Shown here in pieces: positions 40,801-52,800 of a DNA stretch of 64,000 nucleotides. The stretch is from assembly GCA_015680685.1 (NCBI GenBank), contig MNCI01000551.1:928985-992984 (forward strand), written 5' to 3'. Position numbers and translations under genes: made by a program. Under the pieces are notes generated by a model. That model was given only the letters and a program-made list of their open reading frames with translations, was not told where the DNA came from and made no database searches. This DNA is from Gnetum montanum (taxonomy: Eukaryota; Plantae; Gnetophyta). Numbering within the stretch: the first letter of the stretch is position 1; each line of letters starts with the position of its first letter.

Positions 40801-43800
40801 AAAGTCCATCACCTGTATAGTGTCAGAACCGACGGCTTTGAGACATTTGATTTCCTCAATGAGGGTCTGGATGAGCTAAAAAGCTTGATCCAGACTTGAG
40901 GACGTTGCAGACGGTTGCGGGGCTGCCTTAGTAGCCATGGTTGGTGGCGCTATAAAGGCAGCAGCCTGGCCCATGGGGGGCGCCGTTGGGGCCACTCCTA
41001 CAAATGGTGTTGGGCGATCCACCACCTAGTAGGTGGTGCTGTTGGGGCGGTAGCCACTGGTGGCGCTGTGGGGTTGGTAGCTTGCCCGGTTGGCTAGGCG
41101 ACCCACAACCCTGTGTTTGGTTGTACTATGTGCGGAAGCTAGTGCGCTTGGGGTTGCACGTAGTATGACACCTGAGATGGTTGTGCAGTAGGTAAAGAAG
41201 TGGCTAGCGCCCACCACGCGGTTGAGACTAAGTCTACTATTGGTGGTGAGAGGGGTGCAGACGAGGGACCAAGGGTGAAGCTCACATGCGACTATGACGT
41301 GGGCAGAGTGTGGACGTATGGCAGCATAGCCGTGACTGACGTTGGGTACGATGCCGGGGCAAACTGACAAGGAAGGGTGACTGGGAAAGAAATTGAAGGG
41401 CCCACTTGCTGGTACGTAGAAGGTACGGGATGGTTGCCCATGGCTGACAAGGGTGTGGGTTGTGGTAGGGTTGTGGTAACCACGAAGGGGGCAGAAGCAA
41501 AGAGCGGGTTTGACCGAAAGACAACGGTGGGAGGGATAGTTGTAGCGTAGGTCTGGCCACCACCTTCGGAGTGGGAGTCTAAGTCTTCCTGTCTATCCTG
41601 AAACGCCTCATCGTAATGGGACGCTATGTCCTGTTCCCTAGACCTACTCACTCACATCAACTGGTCTAAGACCCATTGATATGCTTCAGTCAACGAGATG
41701 GTGACGTTAGGGGCATGGATGAATTCCCTCCCGTTCCAGTGGAGGAACTTGAAGTTATGTTTGTCCTCGAGTTCCTAGTGGTCCAAGGGTAGATTCGCCT
41801 AGACCTTTGCACAGAGGAAATCATATCGCTCTACATCTTGCACCAAGCGCTCGGATGACAAGTGCCGCAGTCTAAGGGACTGACATGGTGCCAGCACTGG
41901 GCTGAGCGGTTGCTCGAGGCCTGTCGTGTTTTGGACCGAGTAGGGAACCTCCAAGTTCGAGGTGGGAACAGCAGTGGTTGTGAGAATCATCTTGTGTTGT
42001 AAGATGGAAACTATAAAAGAGAAACTGCAACTAGCTACACTGGGGAGTTACGCCTGCTACGCTAAGCAAGAGTGTTACACTAGAAGGTTTGCTACGTCGC
42101 ACGAGATGCAAGTAGCGTAGGGTAGTGAGCAAAGTAAATGCGATATAGTGATCGGTTGGAGGCTTTCGTCTTGCCGGGTCCCAGAGGAACCGTCATTGCG
42201 ACCAGTCTACACCACATGGTGCGTAGACAACCACAACAGTGTCACGTCTATGCTAGTAGGTGACAAGGTACAGATAGCGTGCAAGATTACCCGTGATACG
42301 AGAATAGGGCACCAAGGCCCTCCTAGTGCCAAAAACTATAACGACCAAAAACGTCAGTGGCTTGAACACCGAGAGGTCACCGGGTGTACAGCCTAACCAC
42401 GGATCCGTGCGAGGGTCATGCTGGGGTAAACGGAAACGGGGTGCCCTGAACGATCTGGTCGATCAGACAGGGACTTAATCAGTGTATAATAACCTTCCGT
42501 AAACGATTGTTTTAAAGATGTTATGTGCGAGCTGAGCAATAAGCATCAAACATAAACTGATGGAGGATAGTGCAAAATATGAAAATAGCAAAACGAAAAT
42601 GAAACAAGTTTGAGTGAGAAGGTGCACCGCCCCAAGATCGGGGGATCTGATCTTTGCTTGACTAAAGGAGGTGTACAACAGATGGCAGTGCGGACAGGCA
42701 CAACTTACAACGAAGCAGTATGGTCACAGCTCCTTGAATTGCTGTCAACAGCTTGCTAACAGAAGCCTTCTGCTTGCCAGTCTTCTTGCCAAAGCTAATT
42801 GCCAGAAAGCCAAAATGCTAGAATGCCAAACATGCTCAAAAGCCAACCACGCTAAAAATGCTAGAAGCCAACCACAGGAAAGATGAGTCCAAAAGTCAAC
42901 CTTTTGAACATTGTTCACCGGGGTATTTATAGGGCTAGGAGTGAGAGAAAAACATGGTTTGGATGCCACGTGTCCTAGGCCCCACAGAGTGCAAACGTGA
43001 CTGCCATACTGTTGTGTAATGCCAGATGTAAAACCTGCTATGCTGTGACCATACCGTTCAAGCTGCATGTGCCAAAGTCCAGTGAGCTGCCATGTTTTTT
43101 ACAAAGAATGCCAACAGTGAATGCAAAGTGGAGCCTGTACTCCAGGACTACATCTTCCCTGCTCTTGCGGGCAGGATCAAGCGTAGGAACAACTTTGGGG
43201 ACAGTCAGGAAGGGTGCAAAACAAAGCAAACTTGCTGATTTTGTCCTTTGAAGGGATGCCGGAACGAGAGTGACCATTGCTAACAAGCTTTGGAGCTAAC
43301 TGAAGATGTCTTGGGGCTCCCACACGAGTGTTACGCTGTTCACGTTGCCTAGCGTACCGGTGTAGCATAAACACCCACACGCTATGCTGCGCTACGCTGC
43401 GTAGCATAGTGTAGTCGCCAATCTTGAAAAAAATCTTGCCTGAAAGCCGAGAATACCTGTCTAAGGCCTGGCTAGGCAAGCAACTGCAACCCTATCTTTC
43501 ATGCTGAAAAGTCCTGAGACATGCTGAGTTCACCCTGGGACGCTTTGGTGCTTTGTGTTTTTGCTACATTGTGCAACGTAGCAACCATTGCAACATGAAT
43601 TCCTATGTGATCTGCAATGCTTTGTCAAAGAACTTCGCTTGGAGCCTGAGGGTGAAGTGGGATAGTCAGTCTTGGAGGCCGAAGTGTGGCCAAGTGCAAT
43701 TCTCTTGCTAGAACCACTTGGCAGAGGAGCCTTCGTGTGTTCTGTCCTTGCTACGCTGTGCTACGCTACATGGCATAGCACAACATAACACCCAGTTTGG

Positions 43801-46800
43801 CTTGGCTTATGACTCAATCTTGCAAACGTTTGGTCACGGGATATTAATCATGTCCTAGCGTGTCAGGAGAGCAAACCTATTTGACAGTTGGAGCATGGAC
43901 AAGTGTGCTTACTCCATCAAAGCCATCTGAGTAGGAGTATCGTCAGAGTGCATCCCTGCTACGATGTGCTATGCTGCGTAGCGTAGCACGGCGTAGCACG
44001 GCGTAGCACGGCGTAGCACGGCGTAGCACTCAAATTGCAATAATTTCTGACAAAACTTGCCACATTTTGTTGCGTCATGTTATTCATGCATCAAGGGTGA
44101 AGTGAGGCAGATGCCCTGGAGGGTTGAGTTGTTGTCAATCCGCATCTTTTGTACCCGTTTAGTTTCCTCAAGGCCTGCTACGCTGTGCAACATAGCGTAG
44201 CGTAGCAGGTTCCTGCAGTTAGAAAACTTGCCGAATTGTTTTGCTGATCCTGAACACTTTTGGCAGCTCCTAGCATGGTCCCTGGGTAGACCGTCAGCCG
44301 AGTTAAGTGTCAAGCTAGGCAAGCTAGAGGGTGTAGCAAGCATGTCAGCCCAGGAGATAAAAAATTTGTCGAACTATACAGTATACCCCCAGTGCCTCTT
44401 TCATGCAAACTGGCCTTGTGGCTGGATGCCACGTTGACTGTGCCGCAGAGGGCATTGTCTGCACGGTCCAACGTGACACCATGCTTGCGGGGACCCTTGC
44501 CCAAATTCCGAGACTGCTGAATCATGAGAATCCCGAAATTTATGGTGTTTCACCCTCAACATGGCCCTCACCGGCAATGCCCTATGCTTTAATAACCACC
44601 TGAAAGCCTTTATCTTTTTTGGAAGACGACCTTTCCAGACCTCCACCAAGCCATCCTCCAAGGATATAAACATTTGACAATCTCCTTCGGGCTTTGCCCC
44701 AATAAATCCAATAGGTCCATTGCACTAGCATGACAACACAAATTTTTCCAAAGTTGGGAGTTGTCCATATTTGCCTCCTAGCGACTATATTTCCACCGTA
44801 GTAGCTGCTCCCACAGTGTCGCCCCCTCAGTTGGCCCCAAATAGCGGTTGAGCAACTGGTGCAATCCTAACATCACCTCATCCCCGAATTGGAGTATGCC
44901 AATTCCCCTTATCGGCTTGGGTCGTGTCATTGTAGCCTAGAATACCAAATGCATCTTTCTGCCCCCTTTGGCTCCTAACCACATGAAATCCTTAACAATG
45001 CTGTCAATTTTCTGCATCACCATAGCCAGCGTTGTGGCCATGGACACCACAAACCTGGTAGTCGCCATCAAGACGGTAGTAGCAACCACCATCTTCCCTT
45101 TCGAGAGAGGAGGCGGCCAGTCCACAATGTGGTTTTCTGCTAAACCTACTCCACCATTCCCACCCAAAACTTCTTCATTTTCCAATCGAAATGGGCATGC
45201 CTAGATAAGTGTCCTGTGCAGTGCCCCATAGAATTCCCAAGGTCTGAATAATCCTAGTCTGCACCGTGCCCGCCATGTTGACGATGTGTATGACCTCACG
45301 CTGCATCCATTCTAAAGCCCATAATAGGGCCTTTACCTATGGCACTGCATCCCTACAGAAGATCATTGTGTCATCAGCATAGTGTGCTACTAGACAATGC
45401 ACCCCCACAATATTGAGCCCCTAAACCTCTTCGACAAGGCAGTCACTTGTGAACAAGTCCATCACCATGATAAAGAGGAGAGGCGACAATGGGTCCCCTT
45501 GCCTCAACCCTCTCCCCATCCCTTGAAATCCCCATAACCTCCCATCAATATCAAAAGAGTAGTGGCCACTTCTTTGCATTTGCATGCATAGGTTGACAAA
45601 TCTGGCATCAAAGCCCTTTGCCAGCATTATAGTCCAAAGCGCCGCCCAACTCACCATATCATAGGCCTTGGTGATATCAAGTTTAATACACATTCCCGAG
45701 AATTTAGCCATCTTAAGCAAGTGCAGGATCTCCTACAACAGCAAGACCTAATCTTGCAAAAGGCAACCCTTGATAAAACCAACTTGGTGTGGCCCAACCA
45801 ATTTCATCATTAATGGTGCAACCTGCCCAACTAGCATCTTGAAGAAAATCCGTAGAAGAGTATTACAAACTCCTATGGGTTGGAAGTGCCCTGGTGAGGA
45901 TGAATTAGGCACTTTGGGTAGTAGCACTACCTAGGCGTTGTTGATTTCTCTCCTCACCTGTTGCCAGCAAAGCATACTGTTAAAAGTGTCCAGCATGTTG
46001 GCCCCCAGGATGTCTTCATACTCCCTAAAAAATGCAATTGGCCATCCATCCAACCCCGAAGCCTTGTTAGGCTACATCGACTTCATGGCCCTCCGTAGCT
46101 TCTCTCGTGAGAACAAGCATAGCAAATTCAAGTTATCAATTCTCATGAGAACCTGTGGTATTGGTATTGAGATAGGCTCTGTTGCTTGCCACCTCCAAAT
46201 CTCCCCCCAAAACATCCTTAAGGCCTCCAACCCCCTCCAGCTGCTCTGTGGTCCTCCTTCACCCATACCCTTCAGTAGGTCATGGATTTTTTTCTTGTAG
46301 GCCCGATTGGTTTTTGCCGTAGCAAACAAAAAACCTTGTGTGCTTGTCCCCTTCCCTCAACTAGGAGACCCATGATCTCTACCTCCAATAGCTCTCTTCC
46401 TCCCTAAAGTTCCTATAGCAACTCTCTTTCTTCATCTTCCTAATTGTCTCCCATTTCCTAGCGCCACTAGATTTCCCGAAGTTGTTCCTGTACCTATTTC
46501 CTATATCCGTAAAAGTTGTACTTGTCTTTTGTTGCTTTGGCCTTGATGGCGAGTTTAAGGGCTTGTAGTCCATCTCTCAAAAACTACCTGGGTTCCTGCT
46601 CCCCTATATAGGCCTGCCAGAGAGTTGCAACTAGCGGTTTCAGCCAAGCTTTGTGCAGCCACGTTCTTTCAAACTGAAAAGGCTGGGGTTCCTAACACTC
46701 CTCAAACTGGATTTGGCAGAGAATGGACCAGCAATTCGAAGCCTGCCATTCTTTGCCCTCCACCTTGATGTCAAATTTGATCATGAGGCTCAAACTAACC

Positions 46801-49800
46801 CATATCTGATTGATCTGGGACTACACCTAATCCATCCCTCATCGTCTATTGCTCCATGTATATTTGCATCCCCTGATCTCTAGGTCCACCAAATCATACT
46901 GGCAGAGGAAGTCAACAAAAGCCTCGGCCCCCAAAGGGTCCATGCAATCATTCTCCGTTTTTTCCCAGCAATACAATCGCTCATTAAAGTCACCCAGCAA
47001 CATCCGTCTAGCGGAATTGGAAATGACCCCAACAACCTATCGTAATTCTTGTACCTAGGCATCCCAGTCTTGCACCCCGTAAACATTTGTGAGCCAAAAA
47101 TCAACTTGTCGCAGGTAAACTATCTAACTCCAATCGGAGTCGTCCACATATCATACAAGAATTCTAGCCAGAATGGCTAGCCCTCTTGCACAACCCCTAC
47201 TTGGCACCAAGTGCATGCTCCATCCCTCCCAATGCAACAACTGCCACTTTGCCGTTTATAGCTTTGTCTCCTGTAAGCATACCACATTACATCCTGCATC
47301 CCAAACCATCATTTTCAAGGTATTCCTTTTGTACAGGGTACCCTGGCCCCTACAATTCTAGGTGAGGACTTTCATGGGGATGTAGACACTCATCTGTGGT
47401 ACACCTCCTGGAGTGTTCGCTGCATCCCCAAATCTAGATCCAATTGCATGGATTTCTTAACTCTTTATGTTGTGTTAATGGCTGAAACAAGTATATTTTG
47501 CGTAGCATTAATGATTCTTTTAAAATATACACACACATGCATTGCTAAGAAATTTGACCAATGAACCAAGTGAGAGGAACCTGACCTATGAATTAGGGAT
47601 GTTATGTATTTCATGGTTGTATTATTTTTAAATATTGGACATGTATAATGTTATGTATGTTTTTGATGCACTATTCCTCATAGTATCATCAATTAATAGA
47701 ATATAAGTATCCCCTCTACGGCTATAGAAAGGTTACATGATGACCTTTCAAAGCATCACAAGATAATGCAATAATAAGCCATGAACATAAAATGAAAAAA
47801 GTTTACATCAATAATGGCTTAAAAGAGAAGGTGTTTACCTTGGTTTTATGTCCTAGACTTGCACCTTATCATGTTTTCATTTGGAAATTTTTTTTTTCCA
47901 ATGAAGAGGTAAACCCAGTTCTATCATGGCCAGGGCACAACCAGAAAGAAATTAAAGCACGATAAGGAAAAAAAAACATTTGGAGACAACTGCAATATCC
48001 AAGAGAACATGATTCAAACATACCAATCCTAAACAATATAACAACAGGGGGAAAAAAGAAAAAAGAAATAGAGAACCTCTGCACTTCGGCCTGTAGATTG
48101 AGGATCATCATTCTTCGTAGCAGCAACAAACTAGGTCAAGAGGGCCTCATGCACAAAACAGATGGTGGGAAGGTTTTATCAACAAATACGAAAATGTTAC
48201 AACTATATCAATATGATATATTAGCGATGGGAACAAGCCTTTGACTTTCAGACATTCCCACGCTAATTGAACTCTTGACCATTGGTTAAGAGCATTAACA
48301 AACCAGAAAGATGGATATTGGCCCCTATTATCTGATTAAAATAGTTCCAAAAATCATTAGTAGTTGTGCAAGTAAATAAAGCATGATGTATAGCCTCCTT
48401 TTCTTGATGACACTGCCCACAAATATCATTGTTGATGATGCCTTTTTTAAAAAGGACAGCTTTGACATGTAACATGTTGTGAAGGCTTGTACTCATGAAG
48501 GTGCGATGCTTGGGGACAACGACCTTGCACAACCATGTGCTTTTCACCGAGTCCTTTGGATTTTGATGAAGAGTAGAATAAGCATTTTGCCCTTTGTAAG
48601 TTGATTGATTTGCCCATAAAATTTTATCATTATTAAGTTGAATAAAGTTGGAAAACGAAGACCAAGCTTGTTCAAAATTGTGCCAAGTAGCTAAGGCAAG
48701 AGTTACAATAGGAGCATTATGGAACATGAGCATTATGGAACATTAAACCACCGTGTAAATATTTAGCTTTCAAGATGCGGACACAAGGCTTGCCAAATTC
48801 CCATGTTTAAAAATTCTTATGCCTCATCCACCTTCACCAATATCTCTGGAAACTTCCATTCCAATTAATAGAATGGAAATTTCTTGCACAAGTAAATCAA
48901 AGAAAGGACCATTCATGTTTTTCCAAATTATTTAATAGAGATGCAGGAGCTTTATGAAAAGAAAAAAGAGGAAATATAAGGGACTTGCTTGTAACACTGA
49001 TTTTAAAATCTCTTTCTTTGCATCTTATGACATAATTTAGAAGAAGGAATACTGCTAGAAATGAAGCACAACTACATATTGATTGCTAGTAAAATTTAGA
49101 AATTACATGTTGCTAACACAAAACTAAGGAATAGATATGGATATTACGTTTGAGTACATTTTATAATTGTCAATTTTCTATTATGCCAAATCAAGCAGAA
49201 TTGAACTTGAGAACCAGCAAAATCAGAATTCTAAAATGTTAAAAGTTGTGGATGTGGGAATTGAACCTGCAACGTGTTAGAACATATTTTTAATAGTGAT
49301 AAAAAAAAGAATTGAATTCATCACTTGGCAGCATGAACAAGGTTTTAAAAAAAGAGAAAAAAACTAATTTCTAGAAAGAATCAATTACAACACATAACCC
49401 ATTCTCTTTTGAATTCCCCTAGTAGTTATAAAGGGACAGAAGATATGGGAGAATGAAAAAAGAAAAGAGAGTGAGAGAGAAGGTTGTGCAGGTGGAGAGA
49501 AGAGAACAACCACAAGGGGTTGTGGCTGAACAAAATATGAACATTAACAAAAGAAGACTGATTACTACAAAAGCAAGTAAAATGAAAGAAAATCAAAGCT
49601 GAGCAACAATCCAGTATATTAATAAATTCATCTTGGTAAACAAGAAATGTGAGCAAAAATACAAGAGGATCCTTCTCTTGTGTTGTTTGATAATGGACAG
49701 CAATGAATGATTATCTTAATATCTCTTGTCGAATTGCTTTGGCATTGCTATCTGTTTATGATTCTATCAACTTTAATAAAATTTGTTGTTGAGATCTTGG

Positions 49801-52800
49801 ATTGCTGAATCCTTGTTTTTGGTGGATCCCTCCGCCCATCCTCAACACTCACAGGCTCAAATGACTTGGATGGGAGTTGTTTTTATAACAAAGAAATACC
49901 CATACTGATTTGGGGTTTTTATGACATAAATATTCACCAACATGGGCCAAGGATACCGAATACGAGGATTGTTACTGCTAGCAAAAAGTGAGAGCATCCT
50001 TAAGCCTGTATCTATTTTTTGAATTTTTGAAATCTAAAAAATCATTGAATTCTTGGTTTCTTACATGAATCGGTTAGATGATCCCTCTTGAATGCATAAT
50101 GCTTGAATTTGAATCTTGAGTCTTATGTGTATGCCTTCTCAAGTATAATTCTCTTGTCTTTCTATGAGCACAACGGAGAGAGGGAAATCTAGGGTTTAAA
50201 TTTACAGTTGTTATAATAGTGTTTTATCTATTCACTGTTGTTCAAAAAGTAGATAGTTTGATTAAATTTTAGTGGTGTGCCTTATATTCTTTGAGCTTAA
50301 AAGACTTACATTGAGATGATTTTGTTTCGTGAGTGTTGATGGAAACAAATAAAATATTATTTTACCACTGAATAGATTTGAAATTACTCATTTATATGTT
50401 TCTTATGGCCAACTATTTGGTTGCACAGATTTGTTAATGAGCAACGTCAGTTATATGTTATGGCTTAAGGAAATCAAATTTTGATTTTTAAATCAGAAAA
50501 ATTACAGAACTGTACACCATATCAGAGCAATCTTGCATAGATATTTACCATAACTATTTGTTTTTCATATTTATCTTTGATTTCAGAAAATCAGCATTCA
50601 TTGAAACTAAATCTAAATACAGTGTTTTGTGCCACCAAGACATGATTCATTTTACTTAACCTTTCTTTCATTGCTTTTGGTATGTTAGAGAATCAGAAAT
50701 TTATGCTTGAGGAGCATTCGAATTTATTCTAGGGTTCTGCTCAAAACTTCCGGTTACTTTTGATTAGAAAGTCAGAATTCATCTATTCATTAGCTTAAGC
50801 AAAATAAAAGGCAACAAAGCTGATACTACATCTTTATTAGTAGCTAGAGTATATGTGAAGTTACATGTACTAAATATTAGCTAAAACTATCAAATTATTT
50901 GTTATCATTATTTATTGTGGTTTATTAATTATTGCTGGCAACAGTTACTTTGATTTTTCCCTTAATAGTTTCAATAATTTGATTTGTGAATTAGTGTCTC
51001 ATATTATTCTTGTGCTGGCTGGTCAGCTGTTTTGCTTAAACAAGCTTATTAATGTGCATTATCTAGTTTCTGATTTTCCTTTTTCCTGAATCATGAACAT
51101 TGTATCATTGGTAATGATAATGTGAATAAATGTAAAGATGGTGAGCGCATAACTCATTTCAGTTCTCTGGTAGCCAGCAAGATTCCATTTCATTGCTTAA
51201 ATCTGCCATTCTTATGTGGCATCAAGCATCGAGGCACTATGGTTTACAATAAGATTGAATATTTTGATTTTTCCCTAGACTTCGCTAAACTGTCTTTATT
51301 GAGTTTTGTCTCTTATGATGGCTGCGTCTTTTAGTTTACATCTGATGTCTATTCCAGGATAGGAGACTTCTGACCTTGGCTTGATCCTCTGCTCTAAAAC
51401 TCCTGATCCCTTGGGATATATGTGATGTGAAAAAATGTAGATATGGCCCCACAGCTGCTATATTGCTCTATTTTTTATTTTGCAATTCATTAGGTTCATG
51501 AATAATGTGTTTTCATACTATTTGACTCTCTATATGACTGATTATGTTTTTCTGTGCATAATTTAAGATTGCTAAGGTGAAATGGTTGGGTTATCTGCTT
51601 GTAGCTGAACTAGAAGGCTATGAATTTGATTCCAAGTTTCCTTGTCTTTACATTTGTATTATACCTTGGATGCTTAGTGTATATTGAGAGATATCAATCA
51701 TCATATTAGCATTCTCCTCCTGCTATCCTTGAGCTGCTATTTGGTTTATATAATCTTCTCTATTTACTTTTTATGCTGAATTGATTGTTGTTGATGCTGA
51801 TCCAAATGCAAATTAAATTTCTAATAATTGATTAACTGTTTTTAAGAAAATCATCCTTGCACTTTCAGGCAACATTTTGAAGGCATCGGGTGCTAGCTCC
51901 TGCTCCCTAAAATTGGGTGTTACATCAATGAATCCACTATTTTACATAATGCTTCAATTATTTTACAACTTTGTAAAGGAAATACGTTTTCAATCTGTAA
52001 GATAGTGAGGTATTAAAGTACTGTTGTACAATTGCATATCAGTAGCAAATAATCAATCTAGTAAAACCAAAAGTAAAAATAACAGAAAGCAACATCATTA
52101 ACTGTTTGAGCTATTGCAGAACACAGATGTATACTGCAACTGCTGAACTGTAAGCAGCACACTACTCTTAGTCACAACTCACAAGCATTTACAGGTAACT
52201 AACATTTGAACGAAACTACAATATTGCTAAACCAGAAACTTACTTCTGATCTGACAAGTTCTAAATCTTGGGTAGAGCAAAACGTTGACCCATTTGGAAG
52301 TGCAACAAATATCCTACATGTCAAGCATATCTTTGCATCAACCAGCTCACAAGGTGTGGGACCTCCAAGTACCAGCCTAATAGCCAGCACCCTACAAGCA
52401 AAATAACTCTTTTGAGGAATATTCCGACTCAGAGAAAAAAATTCTCCACCTGATCACTATTTTTTTTTTGAAAAGTATAACATATAAATCATTATTTAAT
52501 GTGCACTTTAAGTGCTTTCTATTTCACAATTGAGCAGTTATGCTCTTTATCTAAAATTTGTTTTCCAACTGAATAGCATGCAATCACAATACTGGCATCC
52601 TAACATATGCATGTATGCAGTTGGTAGCCTTAAACAATGCGAACAAGTTCATTCCTCGTTTTAATTCTGGTTCACCAGCAGAACACACAGGTGCAAGTAA
52701 AGAATTGTGCCTTCAAAAAGCAATGAAGAATGCATATGTGCCCTGCCAGCTATAAACTTTTAATTACCTTAGCTTTTCATCACCAGCCTCTCCTGTATTT

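Larger units (their letters stand above)
25472..44552 (-). mobile_element. Ty3/gypsy Tat-clade (Ogre/Retand-like domain order) LTR retrotransposon with both LTRs, 19,081 bp, decayed
   Basis: Two ~2.2-kb LTRs, 5-bp TSD CCCTC (25467-25471 and 44553-44557), PBS, PPT, gag, PR, RT, RH, an additional RNase H and integrase. Confidence 0.95.
23875..47459 (-). mobile_element. L1-type LINE (EN-RT-zf-RVT plus 3' extension), split by the LTR element; LINE parts ~44553-47459 and 23875-25471
   Basis: MKVLT*NCRG starts at 47375, followed by KLDITKAYD, GLRQGDPLSPLLF, YADD and a zf-RVT that rejoins across the LTR insertion (ALPVRAMLR|ARGIQVAANCLFC). Poly(A) at ~23873-23889. 12-bp TSD ACTCTTTATGTT at 23863-23874 and 47460-47471. 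Confidence 0.88.

Noticed and set aside
47869-48135. Possible extra minus-strand exon (FVAATKNDDPQSTGRSAE)
   Set aside because: Kir exons c and d already join without a gap relative to KirBac, and the donor is weak.
49700-50190. snoRNA or miRNA candidates (short hairpins, miR156/535-like words)
   Set aside because: No convincing C/D or H/ACA architecture and no exact mature miRNA match by eye.
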